In this document: positions 1-10,865 of the stretch, piece after piece
How the letters are laid out: each line of letters begins with the position of its first letter
Numbering within the stretch: the stretch's first letter is position 1
Assembly (NCBI GenBank): GCA_947632625.1
Contig: CANRPZ010000002.1
Span: 1-38,503, forward strand
Reading direction: 5' to 3'
Length of the DNA stretch: 38,503 nt
From: an uncultured Bacilli bacterium
Lineage (GTDB): Bacteria; Bacillota_I; Bacilli_A; RF39; UBA660
The notes under the pieces: generated by a model
Told to the model about the DNA's origin: nothing
Database searches by the model: none
What the model saw: only the letters and a program-made list of their open reading frames with translations
Translations under genes and position numbers: made by a program

Positions 1-531
1 GTTGCTTCTTCCTTCTCCATGTGGTCCACCTTCTGTTGAAACAGCCCCTCTTAAAATATTACTTTTTAAATAAGTTCCTGTTGTTAAAATTAGGGCATCA
101 CACTCTATTTTTTCATTATTTGCGAGTATTATTCCTTTGATTTTATTTTCTTCAACAATTAAGTTTTCTACTAATCCTTCTTGAATTGTTAGATTGTTCG
201 TATTTTTTAGCCTTTTTAACATATTTTTAGGGTAAGTTGTTTTATCCGCTTGACAACGCAAAGATTGAACGGCTGGACCTTTTTTGCTATTTAGCATTTT
301 CATTTGGAAATGCGATTCATCCGCAACTTTTCCCATAAGTCCACCTAGTGCATCGATATCACGAACGATAACACCTTTCGCTGTTCCACCAATTGAAGGA
401 TTGCAAGGCATATCGGCAATATTTTTTTTATTCATTGTAATAAGTAAAGTTTTTTTACCTAAAAAAGCAGCCATATGAGCAGCTTCACAACCAGCATGAC
501 CGCCCCCTACGACAATAATTTCATATTTCAT
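1..531 (-). CDS. mnmG: tRNA uridine 5-carboxymethylaminomethyl modification enzyme MnmG (GidA), first 177 codons; the 3' end runs off the left edge
   Basis: Reverse-strand reading from ATG at 531-529 gives MKYEIIVVGGGHAGCEAAHMAAFLGKKTLLITMN...CNPSIGGTAKG, the FAD-binding GxGxxG N-terminus of MnmG. The frame is open to position 1. It lies next to mnmE. It is missing from the ORF track because it is edge-truncated. Confidence 0.9.
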   Translation of the reverse strand, partial: MKYEIIVVGGGHAGCEAAHMAAFLGKKTLLITMNKKNIADMPCNPSIGGTAKGVIVRDIDALGGLMGKVADESHFQMKMLNSKKGPAVQSLRCQADKTTYPKNMLKRLKNTNNLTIQEGLVENLIVEENKIKGIILANNEKIECDALILTTGTYLKSNILRGAVSTEGGPHGEGRSN

Positions 532-633
532 ACATTTTCACCTCTATTTGTTAAAAATTGTTTTTATAAAAAATTACGCTCTAGAGTAATTTTTTGACAT
601 TTTTACAAAAAAATTACTCCATGTAGTAAATTT

Positions 634-1989
634 TTATTTTCCTAAACAAAAGTTTTTAAATAATTTATCAATTAATTCATCTTCATAAGTTTCCCCAATG
701 AGTAAACCTAAATTATCGAATGCTTCTCTTAAATGAATTTCTAACATATCAACAGGAATATTCTTTTTCATATCTTCTAATAACTTATTCATACTTGTAA
801 GAGATTTTTTTATTAAATCAATTTGGCGTACATTTGAAAGATACGTTAAATCTTTTTCTTTTATTTGATCTAAATGATACATTTCCATAATTTTTTGTTT
901 TAATTCTTCTAATCCATTTAGTTCTTTGGTATTTCCTCTTACAATATGTTCATTTGGTTCTAAAATAAGTTTTTCTTCTAAATCGGTTTTATTTACAAAG
1001 ATAAGATGTGTTTTTTCTTTTATTTGATCTAAAAGCTCTTTATCTTCGTTAGTTAATTCTTCATTATTGTTTAAAACTAAAATAATTAAGTCCGCGCTTT
1101 CTATTATTTGTTTACTTTTATCAACACCGATTTTTTCTACGATATCATTTGTCGCACGAATTCCTGCGGTATCTATTAAATTAATCGAAATTCCATTTAA
1201 AGTCATTTTTGCTTCGATAATATCTCTCGTTGTTCCAGAAATATCCGTTACTATGGCTTTTTCTTCATTTAGTAAAGCATTTAAAATACTACTTTTCCCG
1301 ACATTTGGTCTACCGATTAGTGCAACATCTATTCCAGATTTTATTAATTTTCCAACTTTAGAATTTTTAAGTAAAAGTTCTAAATCTTTTTGGATATCTT
1401 CAACTTTTCCTTTTAAATTTTCGTGCGTAATTTCTATGGCATCTTCATATTCTGGATAATCGATATTGACCTCAATATTGGCAATGACATCTAATATTTT
1501 ATCTCTTAATTCACGAACTAAATTTGTAGTTCTACCACTTACTCCACTTAATGCCATGGAACGTTGTTTTTCACTTTTAGCCTCAATTAAATCACTTACG
1601 GACTCTGCTTCTAACAAACTAATACGGCCATTTAAAAAAGCTCTTTTGGTAAATTCTCCAGGTTCTGCAAGTCGACAACCATTTTCTAGTAATAATTCAA
1701 GAATTTTATTTGTTGTTGCAATTCCCCCATGACAATTTATTTCTACAATATCTTCGGTTGTAAAAGTTTTAGGAGATAGCATAACGCTTACTAAAACCTC
1801 ATCTATTTGCTCTTCTTTATCAACAATAAACCCGTAATGAATGGTGTGAGAAGCAACTTTAGTTAAATCACAACCACGAAATATTTTATTCACAATAGAA
1901 ATTGCGTTTGAACCACTCACACGGATAATAGAAATAGCTCCAACTCCTAAAGATGTTGAAATAGCAGCAATTGTGTCTTCCATAAGCAC
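634..1989 (-). CDS. mnmE: tRNA modification GTPase MnmE (TrmE)
   Basis: 451 aa with G-domain motifs GRPNVGKSS, DTAGIR and NKTD, and the family-specific C-terminal CxGK (FCLGK). Confidence 0.96.
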   Translation of the reverse strand: MLMEDTIAAISTSLGVGAISIIRVSGSNAISIVNKIFRGCDLTKVASHTIHYGFIVDKEEQIDEVLVSVMLSPKTFTTEDIVEINCHGGIATTNKILELLLENGCRLAEPGEFTKRAFLNGRISLLEAESVSDLIEAKSEKQRSMALSGVSGRTTNLVRELRDKILDVIANIEVNIDYPEYEDAIEITHENLKGKVEDIQKDLELLLKNSKVGKLIKSGIDVALIGRPNVGKSSILNALLNEEKAIVTDISGTTRDIIEAKMTLNGISINLIDTAGIRATNDIVEKIGVDKSKQIIESADLIILVLNNNEELTNEDKELLDQIKEKTHLIFVNKTDLEEKLILEPNEHIVRGNTKELNGLEELKQKIMEMYHLDQIKEKDLTYLSNVRQIDLIKKSLTSMNKLLEDMKKNIPVDMLEIHLREAFDNLGLLIGETYEDELIDKLFKNFCLGK

Positions 1990-2077
1990 TCTCTCCTTCG
2001 CGGGTATTATATCATATTTTCTTGTAAATAGATTACTTTTTCAATATAATTATTAACAATAACTTTTATATCTAAAA

Positions 2078-2117
2078 AGACAGTTAAAAACCTACTGGTT
2101 TAATTATCAGTAGGTTT
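2078..2117 (-). terminator. Probable intrinsic terminator after jag
   Basis: On the minus strand AAACCUACUG (10-nt loop) CAGUAGGUUU is followed by UUAACUGUCUUUUU. The jag stop codon lies in the loop. Confidence 0.5.
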
Positions 2118-2714
2118 TATTATGACATGACGGTTTGGTTCTTCTCCTTCACTTATTGTTGTAACCCCTTTGAAATCTGTTAATACATTGTGAACAATTC
2201 TTCTTTCAAAGGAATTCATATTTTCTAATGTTGCTTCTACTTTAGTGCTTCTTACCTCTCTGGCTATTTTTTTGGCCATATACTCTAAATTTTTAATACG
2301 CTTTTCTTTATAGTTTTCAACGTCTAAACTTAAGTTGATATGGACATTATAAGCATTTTGTGCTTTTTGTTTAGCAAGAGTTTCAAGAGCTTTTAAGGTT
2401 TGTCCATTTTTACCGATTAATATAGCATTATTATCTGCATACATCGTAATAGAAATTTTTCTTTCTCTTATAGAAGATTCAAATTGAACATCTAATCCTA
2501 AATTGGTAATGATCTCTTTTAAATACTCTTTTATTTCTTCTACCAAGTCAATTAAGGTAATCGCTTTTATTTTATATGTACTGGATTTAAATAAGCGTCC
2601 ACTTACCTCTTCATCAATATGATAGACTATCTCACTTTCACTCGCATTTAATTTTTCGGTTGCAAGTTTTATTGCTTCTTCCTTTGTTTTTGCTTCTAAT
2701 ACTACCTCATTCAT
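2100..2714 (-). CDS. jag: RNA-binding protein Jag/KhpB (Jag_N + KH + R3H)
   Basis: 204 aa with a KH GxxG loop (IGKNGQTLKALE) and a C-terminal R3H-like ERRIVHNVL. It sits in the conserved position downstream of yidC. Confidence 0.9.
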   Translation of the reverse strand: MNEVVLEAKTKEEAIKLATEKLNASESEIVYHIDEEVSGRLFKSSTYKIKAITLIDLVEEIKEYLKEIITNLGLDVQFESSIRERKISITMYADNNAILIGKNGQTLKALETLAKQKAQNAYNVHINLSLDVENYKEKRIKNLEYMAKKIAREVRSTKVEATLENMNSFERRIVHNVLTDFKGVTTISEGEEPNRHVIIKPTDN

Positions 2715-2715
2715 T

Positions 2716-3672
2716 TTATTTACCTCTTTTCTTACCTCTATTTCTCATTATTTTAAATAAATAATTTTGAATTACGACAAATCCATTTGTTACCACCCAA
2801 TATAAAGCAATGGCAGTTGGTAAACTAAAGGATGCAATGGAAATCATTATTATCATAAATTTTAAAGTAAATTGCATTTGACGTTCCATTTCACTATTTC
2901 CGCTTTGATTGTTCATAGAATTTTTAAACGAAAAATAAGTAGATAAGATGATCAGTAATAATAAACCAATATAAATATACTTTCCTTGACTTAATCCAAC
3001 AAGTGGAGTCATACCCAATTTCATTCCAAATAAACTATCTTCAAAAATTGCTGGTACACGGTTGATAGCTTGTAAGAAAGCAAAGAACAAAGGTAATTGA
3101 ATAAAGGCTATCAAACATCCTGAAACAGGATTAATTTTATATTTTTTATAGACCAGCATCGTCTCTTGACTTTTCATCATCATAGAATCTGTATCCGTTC
3201 TACCCGCATATTTTCTTTCAATTTTTTGTATTTCTGGTTGTGCTTTTTTCATATTTTCTGATTGATCCATTGTTTTTTTAGAGAAAGGGAATAATACTAA
3301 TCGAATTCCTAAACCTATTAACATAACAGATATTCCATAATTATGAAGCAATATTCCTACTTTTAATATTAACCAAGCTATAGGTTTTACAAATATAGAT
3401 TCCCACAAGCTATGATATTTAATAGAATTAGGTTTAAATTCTTCACAAGCTGGCAAATCTTCTAATTTAGTTGTAAGTTGGTCATTATATTTTACATACA
3501 CATCATATAAATCTTGCTCTTTCGGTTTACAAAGAATATTATTTTGCAAACTTTGACCTGTTTGTTCATAAGTAACTATATTTTTGTCTTCTTTTAAATA
3601 AGTTTTATTTCCACATCCCGTTGTTAAAAACAATATCATTATTACTAACAAACCTATTTTTTTCTTTTTCAT
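2716..3672 (-). CDS. yidC: Membrane protein insertase YidC/SpoIIIJ family (lipoprotein type)
   Basis: 318 aa with lipobox LTTGC, a multi-TM core and a basic C-tail RNRGKKRGK. It follows the rnpA-yidC-jag synteny. Confidence 0.93.
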   Translation of the reverse strand: MKKKKIGLLVIMILFLTTGCGNKTYLKEDKNIVTYEQTGQSLQNNILCKPKEQDLYDVYVKYNDQLTTKLEDLPACEEFKPNSIKYHSLWESIFVKPIAWLILKVGILLHNYGISVMLIGLGIRLVLFPFSKKTMDQSENMKKAQPEIQKIERKYAGRTDTDSMMMKSQETMLVYKKYKINPVSGCLIAFIQLPLFFAFLQAINRVPAIFEDSLFGMKLGMTPLVGLSQGKYIYIGLLLLIILSTYFSFKNSMNNQSGNSEMERQMQFTLKFMIIMISIASFSLPTAIALYWVVTNGFVVIQNYLFKIMRNRGKKRGK

Positions 3673-3678
3673 ATATTA

Positions 3679-4002
3679 TTAATCTCCTTTAATTAAGTTT
3701 TCTAATGCTTCTTTCATTTTATTATAAGATGTATTTTTACAAGACCTCTTTATCATTATAATATAATCATTATAATTTTTAAAGTTTTGTTTTATTTCAT
3801 CAATAATATTTCTTGTTTGTCTTTTTAATTTATTTCTTTCTACCGCATTTCCTACTTTTTTACTAATTGAAATACCAAAATTGGGTGTTTTTTCTTCTTT
3901 TTTCTTTGTATACAAAGTAAAATACTCATTTTTTATATATGGACATTCATTAATAATATGATTGAATGCTATTTTTGATTTAATAATTTCCCTTTTTTTC
4001 AT
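3679..4002 (-). CDS. rnpA: Ribonuclease P protein component
   Basis: 107-aa basic protein with the RNR-type motif KKVGNAVERNKLKRQTRN, located directly downstream of rpmH. Confidence 0.93.
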   Translation of the reverse strand: MKKREIIKSKIAFNHIINECPYIKNEYFTLYTKKKEEKTPNFGISISKKVGNAVERNKLKRQTRNIIDEIKQNFKNYNDYIIMIKRSCKNTSYNKMKEALENLIKGD

Positions 4003-4030
4003 ATTAAGATCCTTTTTCTATATAAGATGG

Positions 4031-4055
4031 CAAAAAAAACCACATGAAAGTGGTT
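4031..4055 (-). terminator. Hairpin plus U-tract between rpmH and rnpA (partial terminator or attenuator)
   Basis: The minus strand reads AACCAC-UUUCAU-GUGGUU followed by UUUUUUG, overlapping the rpmH stop codon. Confidence 0.45.
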
Positions 4056-4183
4056 TATTTAGTAATTAAATTTTTACGACCTTTTTTTCTTCTATTTTTT
4101 AGTATTTTCGTTTCTTTACGAGCAAAAAATCCATGTTTTTTTGCTTTTTTTCTTGTATTGGGTTGATAAGTACCTATTTTCAT
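4055..4183 (-). CDS. rpmH: 50S ribosomal protein L34
   Basis: Hand translation of the minus strand gives MKIGTYQPNTRKKAKKHGFFARKETKILKNRRKKGRKNLITK (42 aa). SD GGAGGG lies 6 nt upstream. It is below the ORF-track length cutoff. Confidence 0.92.
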   Translation of the reverse strand: MKIGTYQPNTRKKAKKHGFFARKETKILKNRRKKGRKNLITK

Positions 4184-4254
4184 AATTGTCCCTCCTTTAA
4201 ATAAAGCTTCTTTATTATAATATTTATTTTAAAAAATTGTCAAGAAATAATGAC

Positions 4255-4459
4255 TTATCCACAACATTTTTCTAGTTTTCTTTTCCTTTTTTATAAGAAA
4301 ATTTCAATTTGTTTTAGCATAATTCACAATATAAACATAGATGTGAATTCTTTTTATTAACAAGTGAATTACTTTTAAAAAAAATTTGTGAATAATGTTG
4401 ATAAATGTTAAAAAGTTAGATATTATAGGTTAAAACTTATGTGGATAAGCTGTGCATAA
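4255..4459. promoter_or_regulatory. oriC upstream DnaA-box cluster (incA/B-like) and dnaA promoter region
   Basis: Perfect TTATCCACA at 4255-4263 and, inverted (TGTGGATAA), at 4440-4448. One-mismatch boxes are TGTGAATAA at 4387-4395 and TGTGCATAA at 4451-4459. The background is AT-rich non-coding DNA between rpmH and dnaA. Confidence 0.85.
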
Positions 4460-4548
4460 GTTGTTAACATAAAATTTATGCTTTTATTTCAAAATGGATT
4501 GAGATAAAATTAAATTACATAAAGTAGCAGAGAGTGGGGTGAGGGAAT

Positions 4549-5919
4549 TTGTTAGTTGAAACACAGGATTTATGGAATAATTTTTTAGTAAATATAAAAA
4601 ATGAAATTAGTTCTGTATCCTATAGTGCATGGTTTAATGATTTAAAATTAATTTCCATAGAGGAAAACTCTTTAGTTGTACAAGTTCCCATGGAAATCCA
4701 CAAAAAAATTTTAGGAGATACCTATTATTCACTTATTGAAGAAACCTTATTTAAATTAACAGGAATAAATTATGATATTACTTTCTTATTAGAAGAAGAA
4801 ATTGAACCAAAACCTGAAGAAATAGAAAAAAGTTCTTTAAAAGTGGAGGAAGAAGAAAAGAAAGATGAAATTTGGGTTAGCAATTTAAAGCCTGAATTAA
4901 ATTTTGATACATTTATCGTAGGAGAAACCAACCAATTAGCTAAAGTAGGGGGAATGGCAGTAGCAGAAGCTCCAGGAAAATTATACAATCCATTATTTAT
5001 ATATGGAAAGAGTGGTATTGGAAAAACGCATTTAATGCAAGCAATTGGAAATTTTATTGCTACTCATACAGATAAAAAGGTTTTGTATACAACCTGCGAT
5101 ATGTTTATGAACGATTATATTGGAATTGTTGGTAAAGAAAAAGGAAAAGAATCTATTGATTATTCAAATAATTTCCGAAATAAATATCGAAATGTAGATG
5201 TTCTAATTATCGATGATATTCAGTTTTTAGTAGGAGCCGAGAAATCCCAAGAAGAATTCTTTCATACTTTTCAAGCTCTTCATCAAGCCAATAAACAAAT
5301 TATTATAAGTTCCGATAAAAGTCCAAATGATTTAAAAAAGATAGAGGAACGTTTAAAAAGTAGATTTTTATTAGGATTATCCGTTAATATTGATCCTCCA
5401 GAGTTTGATCTTCGTTGTCGTATTCTAAAGCAAAAATTAAAAGGAATGAGTATTGAAAATATGGTAGAGGATGAGGTAATTGAATTTATTGCTAACAATT
5501 GTCAAAACGATGTCCGTTTTTTAGAAGGAACATTAAGAAGACTTATGGCATACACCGCTATGGTTGTTCCAGAAAAAATTGATTTAGCTTTTGCTAATGA
5601 AGCATTAAAAGATTACTTAAATGTTAATATTTATTCTGAAAATACAATTGAAAATATCCAACAAGTCGTTGCAGATTACTACCACATTACAGTTGAAGAT
5701 TTAAAAGGTAAAAAAAGAAGCAATGCTATCGCAATTCCAAGACAAATAGGAATGTATTTATCGAGAATGCTTACGGAAGAAACTTTTCCTAGAATTGGCT
5801 TTGAATTTGGTGGAAAAGATCACTCAACTGTAATCCATGCCTATGAAAAAATTAATAAAGATTTAAAAACAAATAAAAAATTACAGCAAGAAATTAATGA
5901 AATAAAAAATAAATTATAA
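4549..5919 (+). CDS. dnaA: Chromosomal replication initiator protein DnaA (TTG start as in the ORF track)
   Basis: 456 aa with Walker A GKSGIGKTHL, Walker B LIIDDIQF and the C-terminal DnaA-box-binding signature GGKDHSTVIHA. Confidence 0.97.
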   Translation: MLVETQDLWNNFLVNIKNEISSVSYSAWFNDLKLISIEENSLVVQVPMEIHKKILGDTYYSLIEETLFKLTGINYDITFLLEEEIEPKPEEIEKSSLKVEEEEKKDEIWVSNLKPELNFDTFIVGETNQLAKVGGMAVAEAPGKLYNPLFIYGKSGIGKTHLMQAIGNFIATHTDKKVLYTTCDMFMNDYIGIVGKEKGKESIDYSNNFRNKYRNVDVLIIDDIQFLVGAEKSQEEFFHTFQALHQANKQIIISSDKSPNDLKKIEERLKSRFLLGLSVNIDPPEFDLRCRILKQKLKGMSIENMVEDEVIEFIANNCQNDVRFLEGTLRRLMAYTAMVVPEKIDLAFANEALKDYLNVNIYSENTIENIQQVVADYYHITVEDLKGKKRSNAIAIPRQIGMYLSRMLTEETFPRIGFEFGGKDHSTVIHAYEKINKDLKTNKKLQQEINEIKNKL

Positions 5920-5949
5920 TATGTGCAAAACTTAAAGAGTTATCCCATA

Positions 5950-6050
5950 TTATTCACATAAAAGAAAGGTTATTCTCTATGAAATTAAAAGAAATAACGT
6001 AGTTATAAACTTTATCCACACTATAATAAACATAAAAAAAGAAAGAAGGA
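5950..6050. promoter_or_regulatory. oriC downstream DnaA boxes plus AT-rich unwinding region (incC/DUE-like)
   Basis: TTATTCACA at 5950-5958 and perfect TTATCCACA at 6012-6020 are followed by CTATAATAAACATAAAAAAAG. The dnaA-dnaN spacer is the usual Firmicute site of unwinding. Confidence 0.75.
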
Positions 6051-6057
6051 AGAAGAA

Positions 6058-7176
6058 ATGAAATTTACAATCGATAAAGCGATTTTATTAGAAAATTTAA
6101 ATAATGTAATAAAAGGGGTATCTACTAAAAATGTGATACCAATCCTTAATGGAATTAAATTTGAATTAACAAATCAAGGTTTATCTTTAACTGCAAGTGA
6201 TAGTGAACTTACTATTAATTCTATTATAGATGCTAAAGAAATTAAACATATAGAAAATACAGGAACTACTATTATACAAAGTAAATTCTTAATTGATATT
6301 ATTAGAAAGTTACCAAATGATATTATTGATTTTGAAATGATAGATAATTTAAAAGTAAGAATTTATACAGAAAATGACCAATTCCAATTGAATTGTTTAG
6401 ATGCGAATGATTATCCTAATTTAAAGATGGAAGAACATAAAGATCCAATTATCTTAAAAGGGGATATCTTAAAAGGTTTAATTAATCAAACGGTGTTTGC
6501 TATTTCAACACAAGAATTAAGACCTCTTTTAACTGGAATTAATATGACAATTGTAGGGGATTCTTTACAATTTATTGCAACGGATTCTTATCGACTTGCT
6601 AAAAAGAATATAAAATTAGAAAGTCCAATAGATACTGATGTTAATATAGTTTTGCCAGGAAAAAATGTGATTGAGTTAGAAAAAATTATTGTAGATGATG
6701 AAAACGTAGAAATTCATATTTTTAGTAATAAAGTATTATTTAAATACAAAAATATTAAATTTCAAACGAATTTATTATCTGGAACCTATCCGAATACCTC
6801 AAACTTAATTCCTACTGAATATGGAATTATTGTAAAAGTAAATAAAGAAGAATTAATTGCAAGTGTGGATCGTTTTTCTTTACTAGCCCAAGGAAAAGAT
6901 AAAAATATTATCCGTATGCAATTAAGTAATAAATTTATTACTATTAGTTCTTATGCTTCTGAATTAGGAAATGCAAATGGAAAACTTTCTGTCGATACAG
7001 ATGCAAGTTCTACAATTGATATTTCTTTTAGTTCTAAATATATGTTAGAAGCTTTAAAAACAATTAAAGAAGAGGAAATTTTGCTTTTAATGACCGATGA
7101 TGTAAAACCTATTGTAATAAAATCTGTAACAGATGAATCTTTGATTCAATTAATATTACCTATTAAAACTTACTAA
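6058..7176 (+). CDS. dnaN: DNA polymerase III beta sliding clamp
   Basis: 372 aa with N-terminus MKFTIDKAILLENLNNV...ILNGIKFEL and three-domain length. It is immediately downstream of dnaA. Confidence 0.96.
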   Translation: MKFTIDKAILLENLNNVIKGVSTKNVIPILNGIKFELTNQGLSLTASDSELTINSIIDAKEIKHIENTGTTIIQSKFLIDIIRKLPNDIIDFEMIDNLKVRIYTENDQFQLNCLDANDYPNLKMEEHKDPIILKGDILKGLINQTVFAISTQELRPLLTGINMTIVGDSLQFIATDSYRLAKKNIKLESPIDTDVNIVLPGKNVIELEKIIVDDENVEIHIFSNKVLFKYKNIKFQTNLLSGTYPNTSNLIPTEYGIIVKVNKEELIASVDRFSLLAQGKDKNIIRMQLSNKFITISSYASELGNANGKLSVDTDASSTIDISFSSKYMLEALKTIKEEEILLLMTDDVKPIVIKSVTDESLIQLILPIKTY

Positions 7177-7198
7177 AAAGTAGGTTTTTTCTTTTTTT
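7167..7198 (+). terminator. Intrinsic terminator of dnaN
   Basis: AACTTACT-aaaa-AGTAGGTT (one G-U pair) is followed by TTTTCTTTTTTT. The stop codon is inside the stem/loop. Confidence 0.6.
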
Positions 7199-7260
7199 GA
7201 CAATTTTTTCGTTTTCCCTTTGCTACTATAGAAAACAATTTATGAAAGGGAGGTGAAAAA

Positions 7261-7722
7261 ATGGAACAACATTATGAAATTAGTGATAAAACAATTGCTT
7301 TATATGGAATGGATAGTAGGACAAGGATATATGAAGAAGATAAAAGTTTTATTATTGATAAACCTGCAACTAGTATTATGGAGGAAAGTTGTTCTTATTT
7401 TGGTAGTTCATTAGATGGACGAAAGAAAGGTACAGAGAATTTAATAGGGGTTAGTTATAAAGCTCCCATAATTGTAGAGGAATCAAAGTCTTTAATCTTT
7501 TTTCCAACAACAAGTCCTAGATTAGCAAATTGTTCATGGATTCGTAGTGATAAAATTGACCGTTTTTATTATAAAAATAATAATTTAGTTATTGAATTTA
7601 AAAATGGGTATCAACTTTTTGTTAAAATGTCTTATGATATGTTAAATAATCAAATTTTAAGGGCCACTCGACTTGAACATGTATTAAATGATCGAAAAAA
7701 TAAAATTGCTACTAAAATGTAG
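7261..7722 (+). CDS. comK: ComK-family competence transcription factor homologue
   Basis: 153 aa. It aligns by eye to B. subtilis ComK: SCSYFGSSLDGRKKGT vs SCRFFGSSYAGRKAGT; YKAPIIVEESKSLIFFPTTSPRLANCSWI vs HKPPIMVDPSNQIFLFPTLSSTRPQCGWI; MSYDMLNNQILRATRL vs ISYNSFENQVYRTAWL. SD GGGAGGTG lies upstream. Confidence 0.85.
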   Translation: MEQHYEISDKTIALYGMDSRTRIYEEDKSFIIDKPATSIMEESCSYFGSSLDGRKKGTENLIGVSYKAPIIVEESKSLIFFPTTSPRLANCSWIRSDKIDRFYYKNNNLVIEFKNGYQLFVKMSYDMLNNQILRATRLEHVLNDRKNKIATKM

Positions 7723-7774
7723 TGAATTTTTTGTAAAAAATGTTTAAAATAGTCTTAATTTATGTTATAATTTT

Positions 7775-7812
7775 AATAGGTATAGGAGTACATAAATACC
7801 TATTATTTTATT
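7775..7812 (+). terminator. Hairpin plus T-tract after the comK-like gene
   Basis: AATAGGTAT (12-nt loop) ATACCTATT, a 9-bp stem, followed by ATTTTATTAT. Confidence 0.45.
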
Positions 7813-7836
7813 ATACAGGCGTAAAAGAGGCTAAAT

Positions 7837-10853
<3,017 letters not shown>

Positions 10854-10865
10854 GAGGTGTAAGGT

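Noticed and set aside
568-595. A/T-only hairpin AAAAAATTAC-N8-GTAATTTTTT between mnmE and mnmG as a terminator
   Set aside because: The stem is almost purely A-U, and mnmE and mnmG are normally co-transcribed. It is too weak to call.
1067-1732. Plus-strand ORFs 1067-1459 and 1466-1732 (also 284-478)
   Set aside because: They are antisense shadow ORFs inside mnmE and mnmG. They have low-complexity Ser/Ile/Phe-rich translations and no SD.
4770-5498. Minus-strand ORFs 4770-4988 and 5283-5498
   Set aside because: They are antisense shadows within dnaA.
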